Of a stretch of 64,000 nucleotides of DNA, positions 9,557 through 20,180 are shown piece by piece. The notes beneath the pieces were generated by a model. It did not search any database. It was not told where the DNA came from and saw only the letters and a list, made by a program, of their open reading frames with translations. Position 1 is the first letter of the stretch, and every line of letters begins with the position of its first letter. The stretch is from assembly GCA_021774575.1 (NCBI GenBank), contig JAJFIX010000017.1:3924-67923 (forward strand). Reading direction: 5' to 3'. Source of the DNA: Alphaproteobacteria bacterium (GTDB lineage: Bacteria > Pseudomonadota > Alphaproteobacteria > UBA6615). Both the position numbers and the translations under genes were made by a program.

Positions 9557-10657
9557 TCAGACGTTAAACCGGAACAACATGATATCCCCATCGGCAACGA
9601 TATAGTCGCGGCCTTCCTGGCGCATTCGTCCGGCATCTTTTGCCCCTTGTTCGCCGCCATGGGCGACAAAATCTTTGTAGCCGATTGTCTCGGCACGGAT
9701 GAAGCCGCGTTCGAAGTCGGTATGGATAACCCCTGCCGCCTGTGGGGCTGTCGCACCCACAGGCACGGTCCAGGCGCGGGTTTCTTTCGGCCCGGCGGTA
9801 AAATAGGTCAGCAGATCCAAGAGACCATAACCGGCCCGGATGACCCGAGTCAGGCCGGTTTCTCCTAATCCCAGCTCTTCCAAGAAGGCTTGTTGGTCTT
9901 GGCGGTCGTCGAGTTGCGACACCTCGGACTCGATCGCGGCGGAAATGATCACATGGGCCGCACCTTTGGTGGCGGCCATTTCGGCGACTTGGGCGGAAAA
10001 AACATTGCCGGTCGCGGCGCTCTCCTCGTCGGTATTGCAGATATAAAGAATTGGCTTGGCGGTGAGCAGCTGGAGGCCGCGAAATCGGTCCTTATCTTCG
10101 CCCGCGACGTCAACGCTGCGGGCCGCTTTGCCGTCTCGCAGCGCCGCCAACACGGCCTCCATGAGCGGTAACTCCGCCTTGGCATCTTTTTCCCCGCCAC
10201 GGGCTTTCTTGATGACCGGCTCAATGCGCTTTTCCATGCTTTCTAAGTCGGCGAGCAGGAGTTCGGTCTCTACTGTTTCAGCGTCGCGGACCGGGTCGAC
10301 GTCGCCCTCGACATGGGTGATATTGTCGTCTTCGAAGCAGCGCAAAACATGGCAAATTGCATCGACGCTTCGAATATGGCCGAGAAACTGATTGCCGAGC
10401 CCTTCGCCTTTTGCCGCCCCGCGCACCAATCCAGCGATATCGACAAATTCCAGAGCAGTCGGCACGATTTGCGCCGATTTGACCAGCCCGGCAATCGTGT
10501 CGAGCCGTTCATCGGGGACCAAAGCCCGGCCGGTATTGGCGTCGATGGTGCAGAAGGGGTAGTTCGCCGCTTCGGCCTGAATGGTCGCGGTCAACGCATT
10601 AAAAAGTGTCGATTTGCCGACATTCGGCAGCCCGACAATGCCGCAATTAAAACCCAT
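9557..10657 (-). CDS. ychF: redox-regulated ribosome-binding ATPase YchF
   Basis: 366 aa. P-loop [18 protein letters not shown], a DIAGLV block and the C-terminal TGS-like block [27 protein letters not shown]. Confidence 0.95.
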   Translation of the reverse strand: MGFNCGIVGLPNVGKSTLFNALTATIQAEAANYPFCTIDANTGRALVPDERLDTIAGLVKSAQIVPTALEFVDIAGLVRGAAKGEGLGNQFLGHIRSVDAICHVLRCFEDDNITHVEGDVDPVRDAETVETELLLADLESMEKRIEPVIKKARGGEKDAKAELPLMEAVLAALRDGKAARSVDVAGEDKDRFRGLQLLTAKPILYICNTDEESAATGNVFSAQVAEMAATKGAAHVIISAAIESEVSQLDDRQDQQAFLEELGLGETGLTRVIRAGYGLLDLLTYFTAGPKETRAWTVPVGATAPQAAGVIHTDFERGFIRAETIGYKDFVAHGGEQGAKDAGRMRQEGRDYIVADGDIMLFRFNV

Positions 10658-10675
10658 ATCTCGGTATCCTGTTCG

Positions 10676-11377
10676 TCATTTGCCGCGCATTTTGGCGAGG
10701 GCAGCTTCGAATGCGGAGGCGATGCCGGTTTTTGTCTTGCTGGCTGTGCCGTCTTCGCGACTATTTTGGTTTTTGGTTGGTTGATCTTTGGTGGCGGTAT
10801 TTGGAGTTGGAGCCAAGGCCAAGGCGAGGTCATTTAAAAATCTTGCACCATCGTCTTTGATCAGGCTTGGCGCACAGGCCGCAATGGTTTCGACCCAGTC
10901 TTTGACGTCGGCAGTGTCTGCCTTCGAAAAATCCGATAGGACATGTTTATGGACCCGGTCCTTGACCCCAGGATGGCCCACCCCAAGCCGTAAACGGCGA
11001 TAGTCGGGTGTTTCGAGATGGGCGTCGATTGACCTTATGCCATTATGGCCGGCGCTGCCGCCGCCGGTTTTCATCTTTGTCTTGCCAAGGGCGAGATCCA
11101 TTTCGTCGTGGACCACCACGACATGGGACGGGTGAAGTTTGAAATAACGCGCCGCCTCTCCGACCGATTGTCCGGATTTATTCATATAAGTCATGGGTTT
11201 AAGCAGCATGACTTTTTCGCCATCAATCAGTTTCTCTGAAATCAGGCCTTGAAATCGGCTGCGAAAATTCGGAAATCCATGACGCTCTGCGATCGCATCA
11301 ATAACCATGAAACCAATATTGTGGCGATTGCGTTCATATTCCGGCCCCGGATTGCCGAGACCGACCAGTAGGTGCAT
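10676..11377 (-). CDS. pth: peptidyl-tRNA hydrolase
   Basis: MHLLVGLGNPGPEYERNRHNIGFM is the canonical Pth N-terminus. Start moved to Met22 (11377). Low-complexity C-terminal tail. Confidence 0.9.
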   Translation of the reverse strand: MHLLVGLGNPGPEYERNRHNIGFMVIDAIAERHGFPNFRSRFQGLISEKLIDGEKVMLLKPMTYMNKSGQSVGEAARYFKLHPSHVVVVHDEMDLALGKTKMKTGGGSAGHNGIRSIDAHLETPDYRRLRLGVGHPGVKDRVHKHVLSDFSKADTADVKDWVETIAACAPSLIKDDGARFLNDLALALAPTPNTATKDQPTKNQNSREDGTASKTKTGIASAFEAALAKMRGK

Positions 11378-11465
11378 TGTGGATCCTCTGGGTCGTTTTG
11401 CCGGCGGCGGTGGTGTTGTGAAATAGGCCGCCGCCAGCAATTTCGATGTTCGTCAGATCGATGGG

Positions 11466-12143
11466 TTAAGAGGCCTCGCCTCCTTCGTCTTCGCCGTCTG
11501 CTGCTGCCTCACTTGCCTCACCTTCAGCACCCTCTTCGCCCTCGGTCCCTTCACCTTCTTCGGATTCGGTCGGCGCGACGGTCGGCGCGGCAATCGTGGC
11601 GACGGTAAAGTCGCGATCGGTAATTGTCGGGCGCACGCCCTCGGGCAATGCAATTTCCGAAATATGAATTGAATCGCCGATCACTTTTCCGTCGAGGTCG
11701 ATCACGATAGACGAGGGAATTGCCTCGGCCAAAGCGCTGAGTTCAACAGTACGGCGAACAATGTTCAACACGCCACCAGCCGCGAGGCCCACGCATGTAT
11801 CTTCGTTGATGAAGTCAACCGGGACTTCGACGTTTAGCCGCGTCGTCGCGGTCACGCGGAGAAAATCGGCATGGATGGGGGTATCCTTCAACGGATGCAT
11901 CTGCACATCTCGGCACAGGACCCGCTCATTTGTCCCCTCAACGTCTAGGTCGATAAGTTGGGCATAAAACCCTTGATCGTTCATGGCCGCCAGCAAGATC
12001 TTGGGTTCGACAGATATCGACCGCGGATCTTTTTTGGCGCCATAAATGGTTGCTGGTGTGCGGCCAGCCCGGCGTGTTGCACGGGCGGCCCCCTTGCCGA
12101 CCTCGTCGCGCGCTTGGGCGCCTATGTTTAGTGCGTCTACCAT
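11466..12143 (-). CDS. rplY: 50S ribosomal protein L25 / general stress protein Ctc
   Basis: 225 aa with an L25/Ctc-type N-terminal domain (R..GR.PA.IYG, VQ.HP) and an acidic E/G-rich tail. Sits in the conserved pth-rplY-prs neighbourhood. Confidence 0.85.
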   Translation of the reverse strand: MVDALNIGAQARDEVGKGAARATRRAGRTPATIYGAKKDPRSISVEPKILLAAMNDQGFYAQLIDLDVEGTNERVLCRDVQMHPLKDTPIHADFLRVTATTRLNVEVPVDFINEDTCVGLAAGGVLNIVRRTVELSALAEAIPSSIVIDLDGKVIGDSIHISEIALPEGVRPTITDRDFTVATIAAPTVAPTESEEGEGTEGEEGAEGEASEAAADGEDEGGEAS

Positions 12144-12248
12144 GTGACACTCCTATAAAAGTTTCCCTGGCCGAGCCTCCAAGGGTGCTCGTACCGGGGG
12201 TTCAATGCCGCCCGATCAACCGGCCGGCGTCTCATTCGCCCCTGTATT

Positions 12249-13199
12249 TCACTCCATGTTTTCATAGTCAAACAGGCTAGAAACAGAGGCCGAATTACTA
12301 ATACGCGATATCGCTTCCCCAAGCAGGGAGGCGACCGATAATTGACGCACCTTATCCGATGCTAAAACTTCGTCGGTTGCTCGGATCGAGTCCGTCACAA
12401 CCATGCTATCGAGCGGAGATTTGGTGATCCGGTCGATCGCTTGATTTGAAAATACCCCGTGGCTCACATAGGCTGAGACCGAGTTGGCCCCTTGTTCCTT
12501 TAGCGCCGCGGCGGCGTTACACAGCGTGCCAGCGCTATCGACAATATCGTCGGCGAGAATACAGTGGCGACCCTCGACGTCACCAATAATATGCATGACT
12601 TCCGACACGCCAGCGCGTTCGCGCCGCTTATCGACGATCGCGAGATCCGCGTCAAGGCGTTTGGCGATGGCCCGGGCACGCAATACGCCGCCGACATCGG
12701 GGGAAACGATGGTCAATTTATCCTTTGGCAGCCCGTTTTCGGCAATGTCTTTGTGAAATACCGGGGCGGCAAATAAATTATCGACTGGTATATCAAAAAA
12801 CCCCTGAATTTGGCCTGCATGCAAATCCATTGTCAGCACTCGGTTGGCGCCGGCTGTCGTGATCAAATTGGCGACAAGTTTTGCCGAAATCGGGGTGCGG
12901 GGGCCGGTTTTTCGATCCTGCCTGGCATAACCGTAATAGGGCATAACAGCGGTGATGCGCTGGGCCGACCCGCGCCGCAGCGCGTCGATCATCACCAACA
13001 GTTCCATAAGATGGTCGTTGGCCGGATACGATGTCGGCTGAATTATAAAAATATCCTGGCCTCGGACATTTTCCTCAATTTCGACAAATATTTCCTTATC
13101 GGCGAAGCGGCGGACGGACGCTTTTGTCAGTTCTAGGTCGAGACAATTGGCAATGGCTTCGGCCAATGGTCGATTGGCGTTGCAGGAGAGCAGTTTCAT
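12249..13199 (-). CDS. prs: ribose-phosphate pyrophosphokinase
   Basis: 316 aa. Blocks [30 protein letters not shown] and the PRPP loop [13 protein letters not shown]. Confidence 0.95.
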   Translation of the reverse strand: MKLLSCNANRPLAEAIANCLDLELTKASVRRFADKEIFVEIEENVRGQDIFIIQPTSYPANDHLMELLVMIDALRRGSAQRITAVMPYYGYARQDRKTGPRTPISAKLVANLITTAGANRVLTMDLHAGQIQGFFDIPVDNLFAAPVFHKDIAENGLPKDKLTIVSPDVGGVLRARAIAKRLDADLAIVDKRRERAGVSEVMHIIGDVEGRHCILADDIVDSAGTLCNAAAALKEQGANSVSAYVSHGVFSNQAIDRITKSPLDSMVVTDSIRATDEVLASDKVRQLSVASLLGEAISRISNSASVSSLFDYENME

Positions 13200-13308
13200 T
13201 GAATGCGGCCCACGCGGTTAGCAGGAATTAAAGAAGGCGACTGATTTTGGCGGGAAACTATCAAGCTCAACTGGTTATGTAAACTGGCTGTTGAATGATC
13301 GGATGTGG

Positions 13309-14337
13309 TTAGTCCGGTGTCGGACTAAGTGCCTGGGTAAGCAGCTCTCCCAATCCAACCGACGCGGCAAGGGCAATTTGACGGGCGGCCCCGCCCCAGG
13401 AGCTGTCAAGACTACCCTGAGGAACGCGATTAGCCTGATCAATGGCGCCAATTTCCGCGCCGTTTTGATCATATAAGCGCCAAACTATGGCAACTGATTG
13501 GGTGCCGCCAATGGGCGGGCCGATGTCAACATGGCCGCGAATGACCAGCGCCTCACTCGTCTCGTCGACCAATATGATCTCATCTGTTTGGCCGAGCACC
13601 GCCGACATGGCGTCAGTCAACTCGTCGTTGCCGGTTCCCGTGGCGCCTTCGACCGGCGCGATATATACAGCCAGCCCGATAGTGTTTTCTGCCGGAACAG
13701 AATTGTCTGACACCGCGGCGTCGGGAGCTATGTCGGCCGACACCTGCATTTCTTCTATATCCGCCGGGCCTATATCCTCCGGGCTTGGTTCATTGTCGTG
13801 GCCGTCTTCAATCAGATTTGCGATGACTTGCCCTAAATTCGGAGCTGGCGGAGATGTTGTTTCCGGTAAGCCGACTTGACCGCCACCAAAGTTGCGTCTG
13901 ATGCCGTCATCGGTAACGATGTTGGCCATGGCTTCAGCCACCCGTGCCAAGGCGGCACCGTCAGTCCCGGCCTCGCTGCGCCGGGCTATTTCCTGACCTT
14001 CGGGCGACAATAAGACCCAGATAATAGTCTCGTCGGTGAACTCGGGCGTTAAGACAAAACTTGTTGGGTTGCGGACCAAACCGTGGGTCGCAACAATATC
14101 AGCCTGATGTAAGGCCGAGACTATGTCGGTCACCAGATGCGGCTCAATGTCGACAGAAGTCTCGACGTAGATGCCGGCCCCGTCTGGGATGCGTAAAATT
14201 GTCTGGTTGAGACCATCATCGTGGACGAATGGGCGCGACAGCGGTTGGCAGGCGGTCACCGATAGAATTGTCATCAACCCGGCGGCAATAGTGAGTGGGG
14301 CGCATTGGTATACCCTCATGATCTTTAGGTCAGGCAA
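13309..14337 (-). CDS. putative lipoprotein, unknown function
   Basis: Signal peptide with lipobox LSVTAC, an acidic mature part, and no motif I recognise. Met7 (14319) is an alternative start. Last gene of the lgt-midA-pgeF string. Confidence 0.5.
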   Translation of the reverse strand: MPDLKIMRVYQCAPLTIAAGLMTILSVTACQPLSRPFVHDDGLNQTILRIPDGAGIYVETSVDIEPHLVTDIVSALHQADIVATHGLVRNPTSFVLTPEFTDETIIWVLLSPEGQEIARRSEAGTDGAALARVAEAMANIVTDDGIRRNFGGGQVGLPETTSPPAPNLGQVIANLIEDGHDNEPSPEDIGPADIEEMQVSADIAPDAAVSDNSVPAENTIGLAVYIAPVEGATGTGNDELTDAMSAVLGQTDEIILVDETSEALVIRGHVDIGPPIGGTQSVAIVWRLYDQNGAEIGAIDQANRVPQGSLDSSWGGAARQIALAASVGLGELLTQALSPTPD

Positions 14338-15113
14338 ATCGCTGAGAGGTTGCGGCCGTAGTCGGTCTCCTTGGCAAGGGTCGCACGCCGATAGCTGAAA
14401 AAATTCTGGCGATCAGAAAAGCTATCGCGACCAAGTGCTGATACGGTAGCGACCCCGGTCGACCGGCATTCATCAGCGACATATTCCGGCAGATCGAATA
14501 AAAAATGTCCGTCTCGTGGCGCTGGCGCGAAATAGCGAATGTTTTGCAGCGATGCGTCGATGAAACGTGCGCGAAATTCTTCACCAACTTCGTATGATTT
14601 CGGGCCGATGCAGGGGCCGATGCCGGCGCATATTTGGTCGGGCTTTGCGCCCAACGCCGTCATCGCCGATACCGTGGCACCGACGATCCCGGTGAATGCT
14701 CCCCGCCATCCAGCGTGAGCCGCCCCGATGACCCCGGCGTGGCGGTCAGCAAACAAAACTGGCGCACAATCGGCCGTTAAAATGCCCAGAACGACACCCG
14801 GAGTTGCCGTAACCGCAGCATCGGCTTGAACCGGGGGCCCAGATGGGGTGGGCGTTTTTTGAACGGTTCTTACGTCTGCCGAATGGATCTGGTGAAGTGT
14901 CGCCAATGCGCTCGATGTAGCCCCAAATGCTGCTGCGGCTCGGGCGCGGTTTTCTTCAATGCTTGCCGGATCGTCACTTGAGCCGGGGCCGCAATTCAGC
15001 GAGGCATAAAGGCCGGTGCTGACCCCGCCGGCGCAGGTGAAATATCCGTGCTCAACGCCGCTGAGGTTGTTGAGTTCAGCCGACTGCAAACGGACAATTT
15101 CTCTCAATACCAT
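14325..15113 (-). CDS. pgeF: YfiH/PgeF-family purine nucleoside phosphorylase / peptidoglycan editing factor
   Basis: 262 aa. DUF152 blocks QIHSADV, LTADCAPVLFAD, AHAGWRG and CIGPKSYEVG. Confidence 0.8.
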   Translation of the reverse strand: MVLREIVRLQSAELNNLSGVEHGYFTCAGGVSTGLYASLNCGPGSSDDPASIEENRARAAAAFGATSSALATLHQIHSADVRTVQKTPTPSGPPVQADAAVTATPGVVLGILTADCAPVLFADRHAGVIGAAHAGWRGAFTGIVGATVSAMTALGAKPDQICAGIGPCIGPKSYEVGEEFRARFIDASLQNIRYFAPAPRDGHFLFDLPEYVADECRSTGVATVSALGRDSFSDRQNFFSYRRATLAKETDYGRNLSAICLT

Positions 15114-16243
15114 GCGAACCTATCTTCCTCGCTAAAGCCTGCCGGTGTCATGTTTTCCCGAGCGCTATCCTTTCCGTTCGCGCCGCAAAGCGCCAGCACT
15201 TTGAACAGTGATCCCATTTGCCGGGCGCTTGTTAACCGGTTTAATGCGGTGGCGATTTCCGCCGGGGCAGCATGGCGGCACAGCGTTTCGGCGCGGCTCT
15301 CTATGCCGAGCCGTTTTAGGAAATCGCCTTGGCCAATCGGCCCCCAGACATCGAGAGCCGCCGCGCCGTGCCGGGCGGCAACGGCAAGCGCGGAAAAATC
15401 GACATGGGCGGTCAAGTCAGCTGTGCCCGGTTCCGCCAAGGGATCGACATAGGAGTGCCCGGTGATAGCCTGGAACGTGTCTCCGGTCGCAATTGTGCCG
15501 GGTTTCGACCGATAACCGTAATCGATGAACAGCGCCGCCCCACCGTCGCGGCCAATCCGTTGGCCAATTTGGGAGGCAATGGCTTTGCTCGGCGCATTGA
15601 CTTCGGCGATGTCTCCCGATCGAAATTTGGCAAAACGTGGGTCGGAAAGGGCATCTTGTTGGGCCTCGGGACCGAGGCAAAAGGTGAACTTGTTGGTGGC
15701 GTTGTCGTAATCAACCAGGCGCTCTCGCCACAGCGAGGGGCCGCGCTCAAATTGACGCACCGGCAGGGCATCGAAAAATTCATTGGCGATGAAAATTGCC
15801 GGGCCATCGGGAAGCGTAGACAGGTTATCATGCCATTCGGGGGTGCAGCCGTGCAGCGCCTTGGCCTGGGTTTTTCGTAATTCGCCGCTTGTTTCAACAA
15901 GATGAATGTCGAGGCCTGCAATGGCCCTGCCGACGGTGCGCTCAATGTCGGCCATCAATGTGCCACGGCCCGGCCCCAGTTCAATGATGTGCAGCGGCAC
16001 GTTTTGACAATGGGTCTGCCAATAATCGGCGCACCAGGCGCCGATGAGCTCGCCAAACATCTGACTGATTTCTGGCGCGGTGGTAAAATCGCCGTCCCGG
16101 CCAATTGGTCCACCGGCTGGGCGGGCGCTGCCGGTATAATATCCGTATTCGGGATCGGCGAGGCAGGTTTGCATATAGGCGTCCAAGCCGATCGGGCCGG
16201 ATTTCGTAATCCGGCGCGCCAGCTTTTTTGCCAGCGGTGTCAC
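15104..16243 (-). CDS. MidA/NDUFAF7-family class I SAM-dependent methyltransferase (DUF185)
   Basis: 379 aa. GDFTTAPEISQMFGELIG and IIELGPGRGTLMADI are characteristic of this family. Overlaps its neighbours by 4 and 10 nt. Confidence 0.75.
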   Translation of the reverse strand: MTPLAKKLARRITKSGPIGLDAYMQTCLADPEYGYYTGSARPAGGPIGRDGDFTTAPEISQMFGELIGAWCADYWQTHCQNVPLHIIELGPGRGTLMADIERTVGRAIAGLDIHLVETSGELRKTQAKALHGCTPEWHDNLSTLPDGPAIFIANEFFDALPVRQFERGPSLWRERLVDYDNATNKFTFCLGPEAQQDALSDPRFAKFRSGDIAEVNAPSKAIASQIGQRIGRDGGAALFIDYGYRSKPGTIATGDTFQAITGHSYVDPLAEPGTADLTAHVDFSALAVAARHGAAALDVWGPIGQGDFLKRLGIESRAETLCRHAAPAEIATALNRLTSARQMGSLFKVLALCGANGKDSARENMTPAGFSEEDRFAWY

Positions 16244-17079
16244 CGTTTGGCGGTGCTTTTTGTTGAAACCTTGACGTCGGTGGGTAGTGGCCGACGGCGC
16301 GACAGAACCACCGACCAGATGCCCGCACCGATCAGCGGCAAGGACAAAATCTGCCCCATTGTTACGAAGGCGAAGAGGGCGCCGATATGGGCGTCGGGCT
16401 CGCGGAAGAATTCGACGAAAATTCGCGCCAGGCCATAACCAATGAGAAATAAACCGGTGATGAGCCCCGGCCGGCGCCGCGCATTGAAAAAATGCACCGC
16501 GATGAAAAGGATGATGAACAAGGTCAGCCCTTCCAGGGCCGCCTCATAGAGTTGGCTTGGGTGACGTCCCAATGGCCCACCACCGGGGAAAACCATTGCC
16601 AGCGGCGCGTCGGTCGTGCGGCCGAACAGCTCCCCATTGATGAAGTTTGCAATGCGGCCGAGCAGCAATCCTATTGGCGCTGCGGCGGCAACAAGATCGG
16701 CAACAGCCCAGAGTTGGAGTTTTCGTTTGCGGCAGAACAATATAACGGCGCCGCAGACACCGAGAAAACCGCCGTGAAAGGACATGCCCCCTTGCCAGAC
16801 ATAAAAAATTTCAATCGGGTGAAAGAGGTAATAACCGGGCATATAAAAAATGACATAGCCTAATCGCCCACCCAAAATGACCCCGAGGATTGCCCAGGCA
16901 AAAAAATCACCGACCTGATCAGCCGTCATTGCCTTGGGCGAGCGGCGCACCATCAACACGATATAGCCCCAGCCCGCCATCAGGCCGGAGATATAGGCCA
17001 GGGCGTACCATCGCACCGCGAGGCCAAAAACTTGAAAAGCAATAGGGTCGAAATTTGGGAAGGTGAGGGGGGTATTCAT
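16240..17079 (-). CDS. lgt: prolipoprotein diacylglyceryl transferase
   Basis: 279 aa polytopic protein. VRWYALAYISG, GGRLGYV, GGMSFHGG, GRIANFINGELFGR and HPSQLYEA blocks. Confidence 0.9.
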   Translation of the reverse strand: MNTPLTFPNFDPIAFQVFGLAVRWYALAYISGLMAGWGYIVLMVRRSPKAMTADQVGDFFAWAILGVILGGRLGYVIFYMPGYYLFHPIEIFYVWQGGMSFHGGFLGVCGAVILFCRKRKLQLWAVADLVAAAAPIGLLLGRIANFINGELFGRTTDAPLAMVFPGGGPLGRHPSQLYEAALEGLTLFIILFIAVHFFNARRRPGLITGLFLIGYGLARIFVEFFREPDAHIGALFAFVTMGQILSLPLIGAGIWSVVLSRRRPLPTDVKVSTKSTAKR

Positions 17080-17099
17080 TATTCCATCATACTGCTGGG

Positions 17100-18092
17100 T
17101 CAGCGATACATATCATCGGTGGCGAGAAAACCGGTCACATAGGATTTTACACCGGCTTCAAGGGGCGTTGGGTCTTTGGTAAAACCGGCATCGCGAAGTC
17201 GGGTCATCTGCGCTTGGGTAAAATATTGATAATGGGCCTGCAATTGAGCGGGCATGTCGAAGAACTCTATATTTTCCTCGTTGCCCATCGCTGCAAACAC
17301 AGCGTGGGCAATATCCAGGAATGTGCGCGCTGTTCCGGTGCCCAGATTATAGATGCCCGATTTGGCACTCTGTTTATCCTGTAGCAGCCAGGTCATTGCA
17401 TCGACGCAATCATCGACATGGACAAAGTCGCGCAATTGGCCGCCGTCCGATATGCCGTCTCGGTGAGATTTAAATAGACGTGCGGTTCCGGTGGCGCCAA
17501 TTTGCCCGAAAAAATGCGGGACGACGCTCGATTGGGGGCCTTTATGGTTTTCGTTGGGGCCGTATACGTTGAAAAACCTCAGTCCAGCCCAGCAACTCGG
17601 ATGCGGACGCCCATCGGAGATTTGTCTGGCCACCCAGCGGTCAAACTGCAGCTTCGACCATCCATATAGATTGAGCGGCTGTAATTGGGCCATCGCTTCT
17701 GGCGACGGGTCATCATCGAAGCCCTTGCTTCCATCGCCATAAACTGAAGCCGAAGACGCATAAACAAATGGAATGTCGTGGCTGGCACAGATGCGCCACA
17801 GATCTTGGCTCAGGGAAATATTCGTGGCGACGATCCGGTCGGCGTCGGTCGCCGTCGTTGCTGAAATTGCACCCAGATGAAAGACCGCCTCCAGGTCGAC
17901 GCCATGGGTTTCCAGCCAAGCTGTGAGATTTTCCGGCAACACGATGGTATCGAGCTCGCGTTTGGCTATATTGCGCCAGCGCTCATCAGTTCCCAGGCGA
18001 TCGCATATAGCGATCGGGCCGAGCCCCGCAGCCTCGAGCCCGGCAACCAGGTTCGATCCAATAAATCCAGCGCCGCCCGTAACCAAAATCAT
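17100..18092 (-). CDS. hldD: ADP-L-glycero-D-manno-heptose 6-epimerase
   Basis: 330 aa extended SDR. MILVTGGAGFIGSNLV, ASSASVYG, YGWSK and FFNVYGPNE... blocks. Confidence 0.8.
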   Translation of the reverse strand: MILVTGGAGFIGSNLVAGLEAAGLGPIAICDRLGTDERWRNIAKRELDTIVLPENLTAWLETHGVDLEAVFHLGAISATTATDADRIVATNISLSQDLWRICASHDIPFVYASSASVYGDGSKGFDDDPSPEAMAQLQPLNLYGWSKLQFDRWVARQISDGRPHPSCWAGLRFFNVYGPNENHKGPQSSVVPHFFGQIGATGTARLFKSHRDGISDGGQLRDFVHVDDCVDAMTWLLQDKQSAKSGIYNLGTGTARTFLDIAHAVFAAMGNEENIEFFDMPAQLQAHYQYFTQAQMTRLRDAGFTKDPTPLEAGVKSYVTGFLATDDMYR

Positions 18093-18278
18093 ATGCTCAC
18101 CAAACGCAAAATTGCCTCGTTCATGCTGTATACTGCAATTTAGCCCTTATAAGTCGGCGCGGCGCCCGCCGCAATGAAGGCGTGGTTTTAGGCGAGGCCA
18201 GTTGCTATGGTGGTTGGTGTGAACAAGGGCGATCCCAGCGCCAAATGAATTCAAGAGGGACTATATCCAAGAGGGACC

Positions 18279-18554
18279 ATGCAGACGCAAAATAGATTAT
18301 TCGACGACATTGCCCGCCTGGCGAACGGTGCGGCTGGATTTGCCAGTGGTCTGCGTGAGGAAGTCGAGGGATTGGTTAAAAATCGGCTCGATCGCTTGCT
18401 CGGCGAAATGGACCTTGTTTCGCGCGAAGAATTCGATGCGGTCAAAGATGTCGCCGCCGCCGCCCGATTAGAGCAGGAAAAACTGACCAAACAGCTGGCT
18501 GATTTGGCAACGCGGCTTGCCGCCGCGGAAAAAGGCTCTGGACAGGTCGAATAG
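18279..18554 (+). CDS. ubiK: UbiK/YqiC (BMFP) family accessory factor
   Basis: 91 aa coiled-coil protein. The LFDDIARLANGAAG...LVSREEFDAVKDVAAAAR pattern is typical of the family. Confidence 0.7.
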   Translation: MQTQNRLFDDIARLANGAAGFASGLREEVEGLVKNRLDRLLGEMDLVSREEFDAVKDVAAAARLEQEKLTKQLADLATRLAAAEKGSGQVE

Positions 18555-18790
18555 CGCCGATTCTCAATACGAGTCGTTTGTATTAATTTCCGGCTTTCAC
18601 CTTAAATCGCGGAATTCATGGCCTTGCCGCCTGTGGGTTTCCCGCAAGTTATGCACCTTGCACCCCAAATGTAAATCTGACACCGTACCAGCACTTGTGG
18701 TCGGGAACCTTCCCGATACAATATTTGGTGCGAATTGTCGGAAGAGGCCTCTGCCCGTTTTCCGGCGAAAACCCGGGAGAGACGTTAAGA

Positions 18791-19291
18791 ATGGCAACCC
18801 AAGTCGCAGGTTTTGAAGGAGAGTACGACCATCCGCTCGGGCTCGTAGAAGCGTCGGTCGGAGCGCGGGGCTGGTCGGCCGAACGCACCGGGGTTGACGA
18901 GCTCGTTGCCGAAATAACCGGCGCCTGGGCGGACTACCAAATCTTATTTGCCTGGCGCGAGGACATTGCAGCCCTTCATGTAACGTGTGCTTTTGACGCC
19001 CGTATGCCGGAGGATCGCAAAGGAGACGTTTATGAACTCCTGGCGCTGATCAATGATCGACTGTGGGTCGGTCATTTCGACGTGTCCGGTGCCGAGCGGC
19101 TGCCGGCATTTCGTCATTCCTTGTTGTTGCGTGGCGGTTTCTTGTCGCCCGAGCAACTTGAAGATTTGGTTGATATCGCCGTTGGCGAGGTCGATCGGTT
19201 TTACCCGGCTTTCCATTATGTGGTTTGGGGCGACCGGTCGCCGGCCGATGCGCTGGCCGCGACGATGATGGTACCGGCGGGCGAGGCTTGA
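18791..19291 (+). CDS. YbjN-domain protein
   Basis: About 166 aa from the ATG at 18791. The pattern ...ALHVTCAFDARMPEDRKGDVYELLALINDRLWVGHFDV... resembles YbjN-type chaperone-like proteins that commonly precede proC. Confidence 0.55.
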   Translation: MATQVAGFEGEYDHPLGLVEASVGARGWSAERTGVDELVAEITGAWADYQILFAWREDIAALHVTCAFDARMPEDRKGDVYELLALINDRLWVGHFDVSGAERLPAFRHSLLLRGGFLSPEQLEDLVDIAVGEVDRFYPAFHYVVWGDRSPADALAATMMVPAGEA

Positions 19292-19314
19292 CCGCCGGCA
19301 AGACCGCCGATGAC

Positions 19315-20127
19315 ATGCAGGTTTTGCTCGTTGGCGGTGGCCGCATGGGCGGCGCGCTTGTTCATGGGTGGCTTGAAACCGGCATAGGGGCCGATGCGAT
19401 AACCATCGTCGATCCGGCGCCACCCGAAGATATTTCCGCATTGCGGCATGATGGAGTAGTTTTCGTCCAAGATGGCGCGGAGCTTCGCCAGGGATATGCC
19501 CCGGATGTTATTGTATTTGCCGTGAAACCGCAGGTGATTGGACAAATACTCGGCGCTTACGAGCCCTTTGCCAGAGAAAAAACTGTTTTCCTATCCATTG
19601 CGGCCGGAATAACCATTACCCGGCTCGCCGAAGCCCTGGGGCGGCGCGCTGCGATCGTTCGGGCGATGCCGAATACACCGGCCGCCGTTGGCAGTGGCAT
19701 CACCGTGCTTTGCGCCAGCAAGAAGGTGAGCCGGGGGCAACGGGAAATTTGCCAAAGTTTGATGACAGCGGTCGGTGAAACCGCCTGGATTGATGACGAG
19801 GCAATGATGGATGCCGTGACCGGTGTTTCGGGCAGCGGTCCGGCTTATGTATTCTTGCTGGTCGACGCGTTGGCGACGGCTGGTATCGAGGCTGGGTTGC
19901 CCGAGGAGTTGGCCATGCGGCTGGCCCGGGCAACGGTGATTGGCAGTGGTGACCTACTGCGCCAAGCGCGCGAGACGGCAACCCAACTGCGCCAGAATGT
20001 CACCAGCCCAGGCGGCACGACGTCGGCGGCCCTGGAGGTCTTGATGTCCGATGATGGATTGGCGGACTTGATGACCCGTGCGGTTCGCCAGGCAACCGAC
20101 CGCAGCCGCGAGCTCGCTGGCGCCTGA
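19315..20127 (+). CDS. proC: pyrroline-5-carboxylate reductase
   Basis: MQVLLVGGGRMGGALVHGW is a Rossmann-fold start. RAMPNTPAAVGSG and the C-terminal VTSPGGTTSAALEVL block are present. Start moved to 19315. Confidence 0.9.
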   Translation: MQVLLVGGGRMGGALVHGWLETGIGADAITIVDPAPPEDISALRHDGVVFVQDGAELRQGYAPDVIVFAVKPQVIGQILGAYEPFAREKTVFLSIAAGITITRLAEALGRRAAIVRAMPNTPAAVGSGITVLCASKKVSRGQREICQSLMTAVGETAWIDDEAMMDAVTGVSGSGPAYVFLLVDALATAGIEAGLPEELAMRLARATVIGSGDLLRQARETATQLRQNVTSPGGTTSAALEVLMSDDGLADLMTRAVRQATDRSRELAGA

Positions 20128-20180
20128 GGGCGTTTCGACAAAAGGGCCGCGCCAAAAGAGCTGATTTGCACCAAAAATAT

